A stretch of 32,908 nucleotides of DNA, taken from contig JADGIG010000044.1 in the NCBI GenBank assembly GCA_018985235.1, positions 1-32,908 on the forward strand, given 5' to 3'. Origin of the DNA: Sanchytrium tribonematis. Lineage: Eukaryota. A program made the translations under genes and the position numbers. The notes below the pieces were generated by a model. The model did no database searches. It saw nothing but the letters and a program-made list of their open reading frames with translations, and was not told where the DNA came from. Below are positions 1 through 9,291 of the stretch, piece after piece (the first letter of the stretch is position 1; each line of letters begins with the position of its first letter).

Positions 1-1
1 T

Positions 2-2107
2 GTTGCTCCAGACTGTCAGCTGATTGTATCACTCGCTAAAGGACTCAATTTGGATGTAACAAATCCCGTACTATATAATCAACTTAATATTGATTGCTGC
101 GCAGCTGGAACAGGTGTGACTTGCATAGGAAATACAATAGACAGTATTGTATGGAACAATGGTGTCAGTTATTATATGAATGGATTTATTGATGGATCAA
201 AAATTCCATCTTCGGTGACAAAAATTGATTTTTCAGTCAATAATATTCAGGGCTCCATTCCAGCTGTATTACCAAGTGTACTTTTATATTTAAATTTAGC
301 TGTGAATTACCTTACAGGTTCACTTCCTAGCGTATTGCCTCCAGGCCTCCAATATCTGAATTGTGGTAGCAATAAATTATCGGGAGTAATTCCGAAAATT
401 CCAGAAACAGTAACATTTCTTCACTTGGACACAAATGCATTTACTGGAGTGATCGATATACCTCCCAGCATTCAAGAGGTTTGGCTTTACGACAACAGAT
501 TGTCTGCCGTCAACTTCAAAGACTTTTCCCAAATTAAAAGTGTTGGTGAAGCTGGCAAACGAGGGTGTATTTTGGATAAAAATCCAATATTTTACAATAT
601 ATCTTTAGTACCTTATTGTGATATGGCATCAGTAAAAGCAATTGATTGTCCAAATGTGGTCAATTTTGCATTTGGATTAAATTTGCATCAAATTATGCCT
701 GCCAAATACCAGGAATTGGAATATAATTGCTGTACAGTACCTCGGATTGGTACCAAATATAGCAGTGTATCTACATTCATAGTAGAATGCAATGCAGATG
801 TCGTGACAGGTATTTTTATGGAAAATCTCAATTTAAATGGGACTTTAAATGGAACAGCTATTCCGACTAGACTAAGTCAGTTGCTACTCGGTAATAATCT
901 CATTACTGGTACTATCCCATCTCTACCTCCAAATCTGGTCCAATTAAGTCTCTCTAAAAATCCATTAAAATCCGTGCTTCCCCCTTTGCCAGCTTCATTA
1001 CAATTCATTCATTTAAATGATTGCCCTAATTTATATGGATCTCTAGTCATTAATGGCACCCCTAATAATGTCCAATTGGCATCTAGTTACTTCACATCCA
1101 TTTCCATCTCAAATCCATCTCAATTATCCATTTCCAATTGCAATATCTCAAATAACCCATTATTACCCTCCCAAGTCTCCTATTTGACCAATAAATGCAT
1201 CATCAACAATCTATACTCTCCAGATTGTCCCATATTACATCAAATGATACTTAATCTCAATCATGCAAATTCACTCCAAATCTCAAATGATTGTTGCACA
1301 TCCCCACAAATCACTTGCATCGATAATCAAATCACCAAAATCAATTGGAGTCACTCCCAATTATCCGGCACTCTCAATTTATCCACTATTCCTCCTCTAT
1401 TAACTTCCATCAATATGTCCAATAATCAAATTTCCAATATTTCCCCTATTCCATCCCAAATCAATGAAATCATATTATCCCATAATCAATTCAATGGCAC
1501 CATCTCACTCCATCATCCCACCATAGTCGCATTAAATGATAATTTATTCACTCAAATTTCCATTCAAAATGTATCCAATTTGTTATTCTGTAATATCTCT
1601 AATAATCCATTATATTTTAGTGATTATGTGTCACTCAGTAGTGTTTGTATTATGGATCATTTACTTGTTAAACCCACAACCACCCAAATCACGACCTATG
1701 CAGATTTGACCAGTGATTTAACCAGTAAATTATCCAGTGAATCGACAAGTGAACTATCAAGTGAATCAGCCAATGGATCAACAATATCCACCAGTGAATC
1801 CACTAGTGAATATGTGTACTCCCCACTCATTCGTCAATCCATCAAAATACGCCCTATTTTCACTCTCTCCATTTCTTCCATCTCCCACTCCCAAATCAAT
1901 CAATCCAATTTAACTAGTAAATCAACTGTCACCCATCATACCATCATTATATTCAATCAAAATACCCTATTATTCGTTTCATTAGATCGACTCATCCGAA
2001 TCTCATTTTCATTTGTATTCATTTTAATACTTGTATATCAATTTAAACCAATTCGAAAGAGAAAGTATAACAAAGATTATTCATTGGGACATTCTATGGG
2101 CTATTAA
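2..2107 (+). CDS. 5'-partial multi-module leucine-rich-repeat type I membrane protein (three Cys-capped LRR modules, Ser/Thr stalk, C-terminal TM, short basic tail)
   Basis: Frame is open from base 2 (VAPDCQLIVSLAKGLNL...), so the gene starts outside the window. Repeated cap DC..(V/I)...A.GLNL...CC...C...I.W, plant-type LxxNxLxGxIP repeats, TSELSSES stalk, hydrophobic ISFSFVFILILVY followed by KPIRKRK. Confidence 0.85.
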   Translation, partial: VAPDCQLIVSLAKGLNLDVTNPVLYNQLNIDCCAAGTGVTCIGNTIDSIVWNNGVSYYMNGFIDGSKIPSSVTKIDFSVNNIQGSIPAVLPSVLLYLNLAVNYLTGSLPSVLPPGLQYLNCGSNKLSGVIPKIPETVTFLHLDTNAFTGVIDIPPSIQEVWLYDNRLSAVNFKDFSQIKSVGEAGKRGCILDKNPIFYNISLVPYCDMASVKAIDCPNVVNFAFGLNLHQIMPAKYQELEYNCCTVPRIGTKYSSVSTFIVECNADVVTGIFMENLNLNGTLNGTAIPTRLSQLLLGNNLITGTIPSLPPNLVQLSLSKNPLKSVLPPLPASLQFIHLNDCPNLYGSLVINGTPNNVQLASSYFTSISISNPSQLSISNCNISNNPLLPSQVSYLTNKCIINNLYSPDCPILHQMILNLNHANSLQISNDCCTSPQITCIDNQITKINWSHSQLSGTLNLSTIPPLLTSINMSNNQISNISPIPSQINEIILSHNQFNGTISLHHPTIVALNDNLFTQISIQNVSNLLFCNISNNPLYFSDYVSLSSVCIMDHLLVKPTTTQITTYADLTSDLTSKLSSESTSELSSESANGSTISTSESTSEYVYSPLIRQSIKIRPIFTLSISSISHSQINQSNLTSKSTVTHHTIIIFNQNTLLFVSLDRLIRISFSFVFILILVYQFKPIRKRKYNKDYSLGHSMGY

Positions 2108-2208
2108 TTGGCAAGAGTGTGCAAGGCATGCAAATAAATTGGATTGGTTTAAATTTCATTGTGTTTGCCATTTATTATTTAAAAAAAGAGCATCCCTCTT
2201 CTATTGTG

Positions 2209-2493
2209 ATGCTCTTTTACTTGACTGCGTTGTTGTCTGAAGTTGTTTTTCCCAAAACTGTAAAATTAATTTTGTTTGAATGCGTGTTGAAAGCAACTCA
2301 TGATTTATCATGTCGAGTTATCCACCCAGAGAAGTCCCTCAAATGGACAGAAATTGCTGTTAAAGGTGTTGATATAGGTAATTATAATGGGCAGTACATT
2401 ACTGTTCTTTGCAAATATGGTGCTAAAACTTATACGCGCTACATAGAGCTTAGTACTGCAGGTGGATTTAGTTTGTTGTCAACCCCAAGCTAG
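2209..2493 (+). CDS. Small secreted protein, family A copy 1 (94 aa)
   Basis: First ATG follows a CATCCCTC motif. Signal-like MLFYLTALLS. Shares VK...F.C.L......C......W pattern with the next two ORFs. Confidence 0.7.
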   Translation: MLFYLTALLSEVVFPKTVKLILFECVLKATHDLSCRVIHPEKSLKWTEIAVKGVDIGNYNGQYITVLCKYGAKTYTRYIELSTAGGFSLLSTPS

Positions 2494-2508
2494 TAAAATC
2501 ATTACCTA

Positions 2509-2573
2509 ATTAAGAAGTAGGTATATTAATCAAAAGCAATTGGCAATATGTACTTGGTGATGTGGTTTGCCAT
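2509..2573 (+). pseudogene. Decayed internal fragment of a family A copy-3-like gene
   Basis: TGGCAATATGTACTTGGTGATGTGGTT at 2541-2567 is identical to coding bases 3161-3187. The upstream flank aligns to ~3112-3160 with deletions. Confidence 0.65.
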
Positions 2574-2610
2574 TTATTATTTGAAAAGAAAGCATCCCTC
2601 TTCTATTGTA

Positions 2611-2881
2611 ATGCTCATACTTGGCTATGATGTTGGCCATTCCTGATAACACTCTTCATGGTAAAAATGACATTGTAAAGACTTCAAAATTTCAATGTAA
2701 ATTAAATTCTCAAATGATTAGTTGTAAAAAGAATAAAGATAAGGTGTGGACTACTTTAACAATCAAAAAAATCGGCAAAATATACAGAAAGGAAGATTTC
2801 ATACTTGCAGAAACCTTGACCCATCCACAAATTTTTTACAATATTGGCATAGGCAAGACTGGAAATGTTGTTGTTTTATAA
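2611..2881 (+). pseudogene. Family A copy 2, frameshifted in the signal peptide (or N-truncated CDS from ATG 2627)
   Basis: Promoter 2566-2610 is nearly identical to that of copy 1. ATGCTCA--TACTTG versus ATGCTCTTTTACTTG puts the homologous ATG out of frame. The downstream frame (IVKTSKFQCKL..ISC...VW) is intact. Confidence 0.55.
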
Positions 2882-3034
2882 GAACCGAAATAAATGATTA
2901 AATTGAGACCTAACTACTATTTGAGATAAACCACGTGCTGAGCAATCCATTTGCAAGTTATTTCTTCATTATTGATTGGACCAAACATTTTTAATTTGAC
3001 ATGATTTACCATAAATACAACCCTGTGACTACTT

Positions 3035-3304
3035 ATGATCATGATGTTTTACTTGACACTATTAATAGCTTTACCATCAACAATAAAAGTGAAAAAATTT
3101 GCATGCAAATTATTAAGAGACTCTCAAGAGGTATATTGTCGCAAGTCAAACAAAAGAAAATGGCAATATGTACTTGGTGATGTGGTTGCCATCAAAAAAG
3201 ATTCTAAAAACACTATTCGTGCCGAAATTCCGACAATTGACCTTCGATCATCACATGCAATTATTAAATTGGAAAATGGCAAATTCACCATAGACAGACA
3301 ATAA
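3035..3304 (+). CDS. Small basic secreted protein, family A copy 3 (89 aa)
   Basis: Signal-like MIMMFYLTLLIA, family Cys/Trp pattern, stop TAA inside AATAAA. Confidence 0.75.
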   Translation: MIMMFYLTLLIALPSTIKVKKFACKLLRDSQEVYCRKSNKRKWQYVLGDVVAIKKDSKNTIRAEIPTIDLRSSHAIIKLENGKFTIDRQ

Positions 3305-3392
3305 ATGACAATTCTCTAATTGCAATGACTAATTTCTATTAAATGATGATGCATCGTCTATTTTGTATTTTAAAACATGGGTGTCACGTCAC

Positions 3393-3516
3393 GATGAGTC
3401 ATATTCATTTTTAGAGGGTTGAAACAGAATCCAAATCTCGATGGATGGCACGAAAACATGATTAGATGGGTTGGATGAGTCACCTATTTGATCTACTAGT
3501 CATGATGAGTCATCAT
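3393..3516. promoter_or_regulatory. Cluster of three AP-1/Gcn4-type TGAGTCA sites
   Basis: GATGAGTCA at 3393, 3474 and 3504. The last lies within the extended palindrome ATGATGAGTCATCAT (3502-3516). Confidence 0.45.
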
Positions 3517-3645
3517 TTGTTGAAATGGTCAATTTTGTGATCCATGTACTGTAGAAATAAATTAGAAATGGGACTCATAGCTAGGTATTTCATATAAATC
3601 AAAGTATTTCATGATGATTAAATATATAAATAGATTTATTGTAAA

Positions 3646-4065
3646 TTATTTGTATCCAAAATGCTCTTTAGTGAGTCGTTGCCCGTGTTCTTTTTGAACT
3701 CTGTGTGTATTCAGATGGCTTATCTTACCATAACTACGATCACAGCCAGGGTAATCACACTTGTAATGTCTCTCAATGTCCTTGTATTTCTTTCTAAATC
3801 TCTTTTTCATTCTAATATAGGGAGCAGCATATTGAGGCTGCTGTTGTTTATAAACAGGATAGAGCTGTTGTTGCTGTTGTTGCTGCTGTAGCTGCTGGTG
3901 TTCAGGCATCAGATATTGGTTGAATGAGCCACACATTGGGGATGGAAGTGGGGATGGCATTGGGGAAGGTGCTCTTGAGATTGGGTCATCACTTAAGACG
4001 ACATCCAAGTTAAATGTTTCTGGAGAAGTATCGAATTGTTCTGGTTCAAAGAAGATCGGTTGCAT
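3646..4065 (-). CDS. Single C2H2 zinc-finger transcription factor with poly-Gln tract (139 aa)
   Basis: RKKYKDIERHYKCDYPGCDRSYGKISHLNTHRVQKEHG matches the common fungal IER.Y.C...GC.K.YG.L.HLN.H finger. First in-frame ATG (MQPIFF) at 4065. Confidence 0.85.
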   Translation of the reverse strand: MQPIFFEPEQFDTSPETFNLDVVLSDDPISRAPSPMPSPLPSPMCGSFNQYLMPEHQQLQQQQQQQQLYPVYKQQQPQYAAPYIRMKKRFRKKYKDIERHYKCDYPGCDRSYGKISHLNTHRVQKEHGQRLTKEHFGYK

Positions 4066-4704
4066 CAGTTTTACCCTTGGAGGGACGGACTGCTTTTTAA
4101 CTGAATGGCAAATCAACGTGTGCAACACACATGGTCCCCTTCCCGATCTTTGAATGGAAACCCCTTGTTTGACGATCGATTATTTCGATCTGAGTCACAC
4201 CAACACATTTGTGACCAGTATAATTCGGTGATTATGGGAATTAGAAAGTTGAAAATGCATTAAATAAGAGATGTTGGGTGTTTTAGTTGGATTTTAGAGC
4301 AGCGGGATCATCTGTGAGTCAACATATGTGCCATCTGATATTACAATATTGCGTTAAACACATGGAAACTCCATCGCCGTTTCAGATTCCTTCAATTAGC
4401 GATCGGCGTGTCATTTTGTGATCTGTGCAACGAGTTACCGATGATCATTACCGAATTAGTGAAATAGAATCATTATTAAACAGGAAACACAGAATTTGCA
4501 AGTTGACAATCATTTTGCAGACATCGTTTAACCCAAATATCTGTTTTAATGACAAAGTCTGTGGCAAGACATTCAAAATCCTGTGATTGGGTTTAACGTT
4601 ATCTTCATCTATGAAATGGATCATCTTATTGGTGAGATAGGATTCTCAGCTCTGAATCAATATCTGCAAATCATAAAAGGAAAGAAGTTCCCCCAGAATA
4701 GAAA

Positions 4705-5901
4705 ATGAGATTACAATTGATTTTATTAACCTTGATTGCTGCAAGTCCACTGACACCTTATGATCAGCCAGATTTGACTGCCATTTACGGTGATCAAGCA
4801 CCCCCAAGTGAAGATCCATCCCAAGCGCAACCAGAGCCAGAGAATGAACCAACTCAAGAGCCAGAATATGAACCAGTTCAAACTCAAGAGCCAGAAGTTG
4901 AGCCTGCTCAAGAGACAGAACCATGCAGTGAGCCAGAACAAACTCAAGAACCAGAAATAGAACCAATTCAAACTCAAGAACCAGAAGTCGAACCTGCTCA
5001 AGAAACTGAGCCATGCACTGAACCTGAAAGTGAACCCGAAAGTGAACCTGAAGTTGAACCAGCAACTAGTGAACCAACTGAAGAAGTTCCAGTCGCACCT
5101 ACCAACTCATATATACCCCCTACTGTTGAACCTGCTCAAGAGACTGAGCCATGCACTGAGCCAGAGACTGAGCCAGAAAGTGAACCAGAAAGTGAACCAG
5201 AGAGCGAGCCAGAAACCGAACCAGCTCAATCAACAGAGCCATGCACTGAGCCAGAGACTGAACCAGAAACAGAACCAGAGAATGAACCAGAACCACAACC
5301 TACAAATACCTATCAAACTCCAATTGTTTCCCCTGCTCATGAAACTGAGCCAACAACACCCGTCCAGCCAATTAACTCTTACATACCACCAACTACTGAA
5401 CCAGAAGTATCTCCAGCTCATGAATCTGAACCAGTTGAACAACCAATCGTCACAAATGCTTACAATACACCACAAGTCCAAGATACCAATGAAAATTCCC
5501 CAACTCCTTCTAACTCATACGATACACCTAGTGTATTAGATACCTCAGTACCAGCAGCAGGAACACCAGAAGAAGAATTGCCATATTGTGATGAATTACC
5601 TGAAGGTACAGGAGAGCCAGTTGGAGAGCCAGAAAGCGAACCAACCTCAGTACCAGAAGTATCTCCAGCACACGAAACTGAACCTGCTAGTGAACCAGCA
5701 GTACAACCAGCTGGAAGTGAACCAGAGCCAGAAGTTGCACCAGGAAATGAAGAACCAATGCCAGCAGCAGAACCAACTGAGCCAGCACCACCTACAAATG
5801 CATATGGAGGCGCAGATGCCCCAATGAGTACAGAATTCTACTCTTCTGGCAGCATCGCAAGTTCATCTGTGTTTATATTGGCAGTATTGACTCAAATATA
5901 A
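4705..5901 (+). CDS. Glu/Pro/Thr-rich repetitive surface protein, predicted GPI-anchored (398 aa)
   Basis: N-terminal signal, EPAQETEPC and EPES repeats, C-terminal [20 protein letters not shown]-type signal. Confidence 0.85.
   Translation: MRLQLILLTLIAASPLTPYDQPDLTAIYGDQAPPSEDPSQAQPEPENEPTQEPEYEPVQTQEPEVEPAQETEPCSEPEQTQEPEIEPIQTQEPEVEPAQETEPCTEPESEPESEPEVEPATSEPTEEVPVAPTNSYIPPTVEPAQETEPCTEPETEPESEPESEPESEPETEPAQSTEPCTEPETEPETEPENEPEPQPTNTYQTPIVSPAHETEPTTPVQPINSYIPPTTEPEVSPAHESEPVEQPIVTNAYNTPQVQDTNENSPTPSNSYDTPSVLDTSVPAAGTPEEELPYCDELPEGTGEPVGEPESEPTSVPEVSPAHETEPASEPAVQPAGSEPEPEVAPGNEEPMPAAEPTEPAPPTNAYGGADAPMSTEFYSSGSIASSSVFILAVLTQI
4846..5300 (+). repeat. Coding imperfect repeats (QTQEPE / [14 protein letters not shown] / 12-nt EPES units)
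   Basis: Repeated GAACCTGCTCAAGA(G/A)ACTGAGCCATGCACTGA and AGTGAACCAGAA blocks. Confidence 0.8.
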
Positions 5902-6236
5902 CAATAAATTTATTTGATGCTACTTTTTGAAATTGGGCTTTACCAATTACAAAAATTCTTTTCACGACACTCTATCACGCACCATTGCAAGTCAATTGGC
6001 AAATGATTGTCGATCGCTTACTTGTTTGCCCATAAACTTGCACCCATGAGTTCATTTGTGAAATTAATTTACCAGATTTGTGATTGGCGCTTGAAATTTA
6101 TCTGAGATTGCAAATTGATTGCACCATGTCCAATTGGACCACGAGTTCTGTACAATTTGTAATTAACTTGCCCACCCAATCAATTGACGGACAATCAAGT
6201 TCAGTTGATTTAAAAAAGAACGCGGGTTAAATCAAC

Positions 6237-7058
6237 ATGAAGTACATTTTATTGTCCGCTGTATTTGCAATCCCTTGTGATGAAAAAGCACCTGATACTA
6301 ACAATGCGTATCCACAAAACTTACCTGCACACAATGCTCCACCTTCCCATCCAACTCCTTCTCATCTAGAATCACGTCATGAGCCACATCACGAGCCACA
6401 TCATGAACCATCTCATGAGCCGCCAAAGCACGAGCCATCTCCTCCTGCTGGGCCACCAGCTGGACCACCTCCAGGAGAATTACCAGGACACGGCCAGCCA
6501 CCAGCGCCAGCGCATACTGAGCCAGTTGAAGAACCAACCCAAGAGCCTGAATCAGAACCTACTGAGCCAGCGCCACCTGCAGAATTACCAGGAAACGGAT
6601 TACCAGCTGCACCAACTAGCGAGCCTGAATCAGAACCAGAATCAGAACCTACCGAACCAGCTCCACCTGCAGAATTACCAGGAAACGGACTACCAGCTGC
6701 ACCAACTAGCGAGCCAGAATCAGAACCAGAATCAGAACCTACCGAACCAGCTCCACCTGCAGAATTACCAGGAAGTGCCGCACCAGAAGAAACTGAAGAC
6801 TGTGAAGAGGAAGAACCTACTCAAGAACCTGCTGTATCTCCAGCAAATTCTGAACCTGCACAAGAAACTGAACCTGTAGAAGAACCTCAACCAGCATATC
6901 CTGGTGTGCCTGCTGGCCCACCTTCTGCAAATCCAGCGCAAGCCACAGATGCACCTCCAGCGCCATTACCAGGTAACGATGTTTACGAATTCTCTAGTGC
7001 AAATACCAATATTGCTGCTATATCGATCATGGGTGCAATACTATTGGCCAGTTTCTAA
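6237..7058 (+). CDS. Pro/Glu-rich repetitive surface protein with His-rich segment, predicted GPI-anchored (273 aa)
   Basis: Signal MKYILLSAVFA, HEPHHEPHHEP segment, shares EPAQETEP with the upstream gene, hydrophobic C-terminus SSA...IAAISIMGAILLASF. Confidence 0.85.
   Translation: MKYILLSAVFAIPCDEKAPDTNNAYPQNLPAHNAPPSHPTPSHLESRHEPHHEPHHEPSHEPPKHEPSPPAGPPAGPPPGELPGHGQPPAPAHTEPVEEPTQEPESEPTEPAPPAELPGNGLPAAPTSEPESEPESEPTEPAPPAELPGNGLPAAPTSEPESEPESEPTEPAPPAELPGSAAPEETEDCEEEEPTQEPAVSPANSEPAQETEPVEEPQPAYPGVPAGPPSANPAQATDAPPAPLPGNDVYEFSSANTNIAAISIMGAILLASF
6543..6775 (+). repeat. Near-perfect 90-nt coding tandem repeat, about 2.6 copies
   Basis: Unit [30 protein letters not shown] starts at 6621 and 6711, with a shorter copy at 6543. 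Confidence 0.9.
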
Positions 7059-7275
7059 TAAACATCAAGTATCTTTGACTTTATATTTTCTGAAACAACT
7101 TGATTTGCAAAATACCAATCAGAAAGACACGTGTTTATGACTTTTATTGGTGCAATTTGCCTAGAACGTACCAGAAATCAGGATGGTATATTAAGTAATC
7201 GAATCAATCAATATAAATTGCCCAATAAATCGCCATATTCATCGATATATAAAATAGACACCTCTTAAAATTTAG

Positions 7276-7662
7276 ATGGTATCAGAATTCATCCAGTATT
7301 TCCCAACTCAAGCGAATTCGATGCATTATATCCCACTGCAATGTAGCCAGATATCAATAGATTATGCGCATATTTACTTTTTGAGAATCCGACAATATAT
7401 TCCCATCAAACATTCTAATCAAATTGTTTATTTGGCATGTCTAGCCATTAGTGACAAATATACCAGTGATTACCCTATTAAAAATAGAACAATAAGTCAT
7501 TATTACCGTGTCCCGCTAGACTATTTGAACTTTATGGAACTATGGATTATACAGTTAATGGAGTACCATTTGGAGATATCCGCATCCGAATGGTACATGA
7601 ATCATCAAATGAATGGGATGAATAGAAGGTATTCTATGCCATGTCGTCTCCCTAGCTATTAA
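7276..7662 (+). CDS. Minimal Pcl/Pho80-family cyclin-box protein (128 aa)
   Basis: A.IYFLR ... YLACLAISDKYTSD...KN ... LNFMELWIIQLMEYHLEIS matches the L..A.K...D....N......LN.ME..FL..L.Y.L.V pattern. Confidence 0.75.
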   Translation: MVSEFIQYFPTQANSMHYIPLQCSQISIDYAHIYFLRIRQYIPIKHSNQIVYLACLAISDKYTSDYPIKNRTISHYYRVPLDYLNFMELWIIQLMEYHLEISASEWYMNHQMNGMNRRYSMPCRLPSY

Positions 7663-7880
7663 AATAATAAATTTAATCTAAGTCATTTTTCTGGAATCTT
7701 AAAAAATAGAGTCACGGTGGGAGGCAAGTGTTTTTCAACAAGCGTTTGCATCATTAACAAACGATTTAACTCAGACGTTTGTAATCACTATTATTGGCCC
7801 GTATTTATTTTCTTGTCTGACAATCTCAATCTTCCAATCATCACGTGTCATTCATCTTATGCAAGGATTTAAAAGTCGCC

Positions 7881-9206
7881 ATGGTCACAAATGACATCAT
7901 GATTCTCGCTACATTGATATTATCGGCATTTCAACCTCATTGCTCAAATCCGAGAATTAGAAAGGAGTTTCGACAACTAAGTGACAACGAATGGAGCGAC
8001 TTGCGGGCTGCTTTTCACAAGTTGAAATACTCTGGTAGATTGACAGAGTACGCTAAGCTGCACAATCAAGAAGCCACCCATATCCATTTCACAATGGAGT
8101 TTTTGACTTGGCATCGTACTTTTTTGTGGAGTTTGGAAACTGAATTGCGGCAAGCTATTGGCAGTGATACCCTCACGATTCCATACATCGACTATGCTTA
8201 CGAAGGTGACCAGTTACAGGGCCAAATCGAACAAAGTTCAGCCTTTCAAACCAAGTTCTACGGTACTTTTTTGGAAACTTTGGATCAATGTGTCGTTGGT
8301 CAAATTTACGACTCATTTGTCATGTCTGAAGATTTCAACATGAAAAAATGTCTTTATAGACAAATGGAAGAGAGTGTCAGTGTCTCAGGATGGGCGTCAT
8401 TAGACCAAATGATCTTTACTTCCTCAAGTTATGGAGATTTCTCTGAGAATATTGAAAATTCCATTCACGGATATTGTCATTTGCGAACAGGTGGGTACAT
8501 GACCAGCATGTTTTCACCAATTGATCCAACATTCTACGCGGTTCATGGCTTTATTGATATGGCATTTCTGAGCTGGCAATACGTCCACGATGCTTTCAAT
8601 GATCAAGACAAATCCGTAGCCAGCAAGACATTTACCATCTTTGGACACACCCAGACTCATAGAGACTCGTACACTATGAAAAACCAGTGTGTTTCTTATG
8701 AAAGATATGGAAGTAGCGCGGTCAATGCCTTGCCATTGAAAAAGAGGGATGATACCAGCACGACTCCGACTTCTACAGGTTCTGAAGAAGCAGCAACAAC
8801 AGAAGCAGTCGACTTCTCTCAATATGAACAGAAACCATACAAAACTTACAGTCCAGATGAAATTAAGAGTTTCAACGACGAACTGGATACTTATTATTTG
8901 AAATTAAAGGGCATTCTCAAATCAGGTTCAGAAACAGATCTTTACAAAGAAATAGCCGGATTCCATCCAAATTCGTACATTGCTATTAACAATCATCCAT
9001 CTGATGATTTATTGGCCCAAATCGGATTAAAACCAGATATCTTTAACAAAGTGAATCAAAATTTGAATCAACAAAGACTAGCATTGGCTCAATTTGGTAA
9101 TTTTACCGTCAATGATTTATTGGCTCAAGTCACCAATTCAATGAATCCATCTTCTGGCAGCACATTACCAATGATACTGGGCATTTTATTCATTTTATTT
9201 CAATAA
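7881..9206 (+). CDS. Secreted tyrosinase-like di-copper protein, probably GPI-anchored (start 7881 or 7899)
   Basis: RIRKEFRQLS, CuA H(NQEATHI)H...FLTWHR, TIPYID, CuB HGYCH...SPIDPTFYAVHGFID, hydrophobic C-terminal tail. Confidence 0.9.
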   Translation: MVTNDIMILATLILSAFQPHCSNPRIRKEFRQLSDNEWSDLRAAFHKLKYSGRLTEYAKLHNQEATHIHFTMEFLTWHRTFLWSLETELRQAIGSDTLTIPYIDYAYEGDQLQGQIEQSSAFQTKFYGTFLETLDQCVVGQIYDSFVMSEDFNMKKCLYRQMEESVSVSGWASLDQMIFTSSSYGDFSENIENSIHGYCHLRTGGYMTSMFSPIDPTFYAVHGFIDMAFLSWQYVHDAFNDQDKSVASKTFTIFGHTQTHRDSYTMKNQCVSYERYGSSAVNALPLKKRDDTSTTPTSTGSEEAATTEAVDFSQYEQKPYKTYSPDEIKSFNDELDTYYLKLKGILKSGSETDLYKEIAGFHPNSYIAINNHPSDDLLAQIGLKPDIFNKVNQNLNQQRLALAQFGNFTVNDLLAQVTNSMNPSSGSTLPMILGILFILFQ

Positions 9207-9291
9207 AAGACACTTAATTTCGATTAATTTAATTTACTTGCCCATCCGAAATGAAATTTATGAAATGTCATAACTAAGTTAAATAAACAGT

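Noticed and set aside
2661..2680. 20-nt GTAAAAATGACATTGTAAAG as an intron rescuing family A copy 2
   Set aside because: The frame from ATG 2611 stops before this segment, and the segment encodes the IVK residues conserved in the paralogues.
4646..6879. Alternative-frame and antisense ORFs over the Glu/Pro-rich genes, and a CRISPR-like look of the repeats
   Set aside because: These are shadows of in-frame coding repeats with lengths in multiples of 3. There are no unique spacers or cas genes, and the context is eukaryotic.
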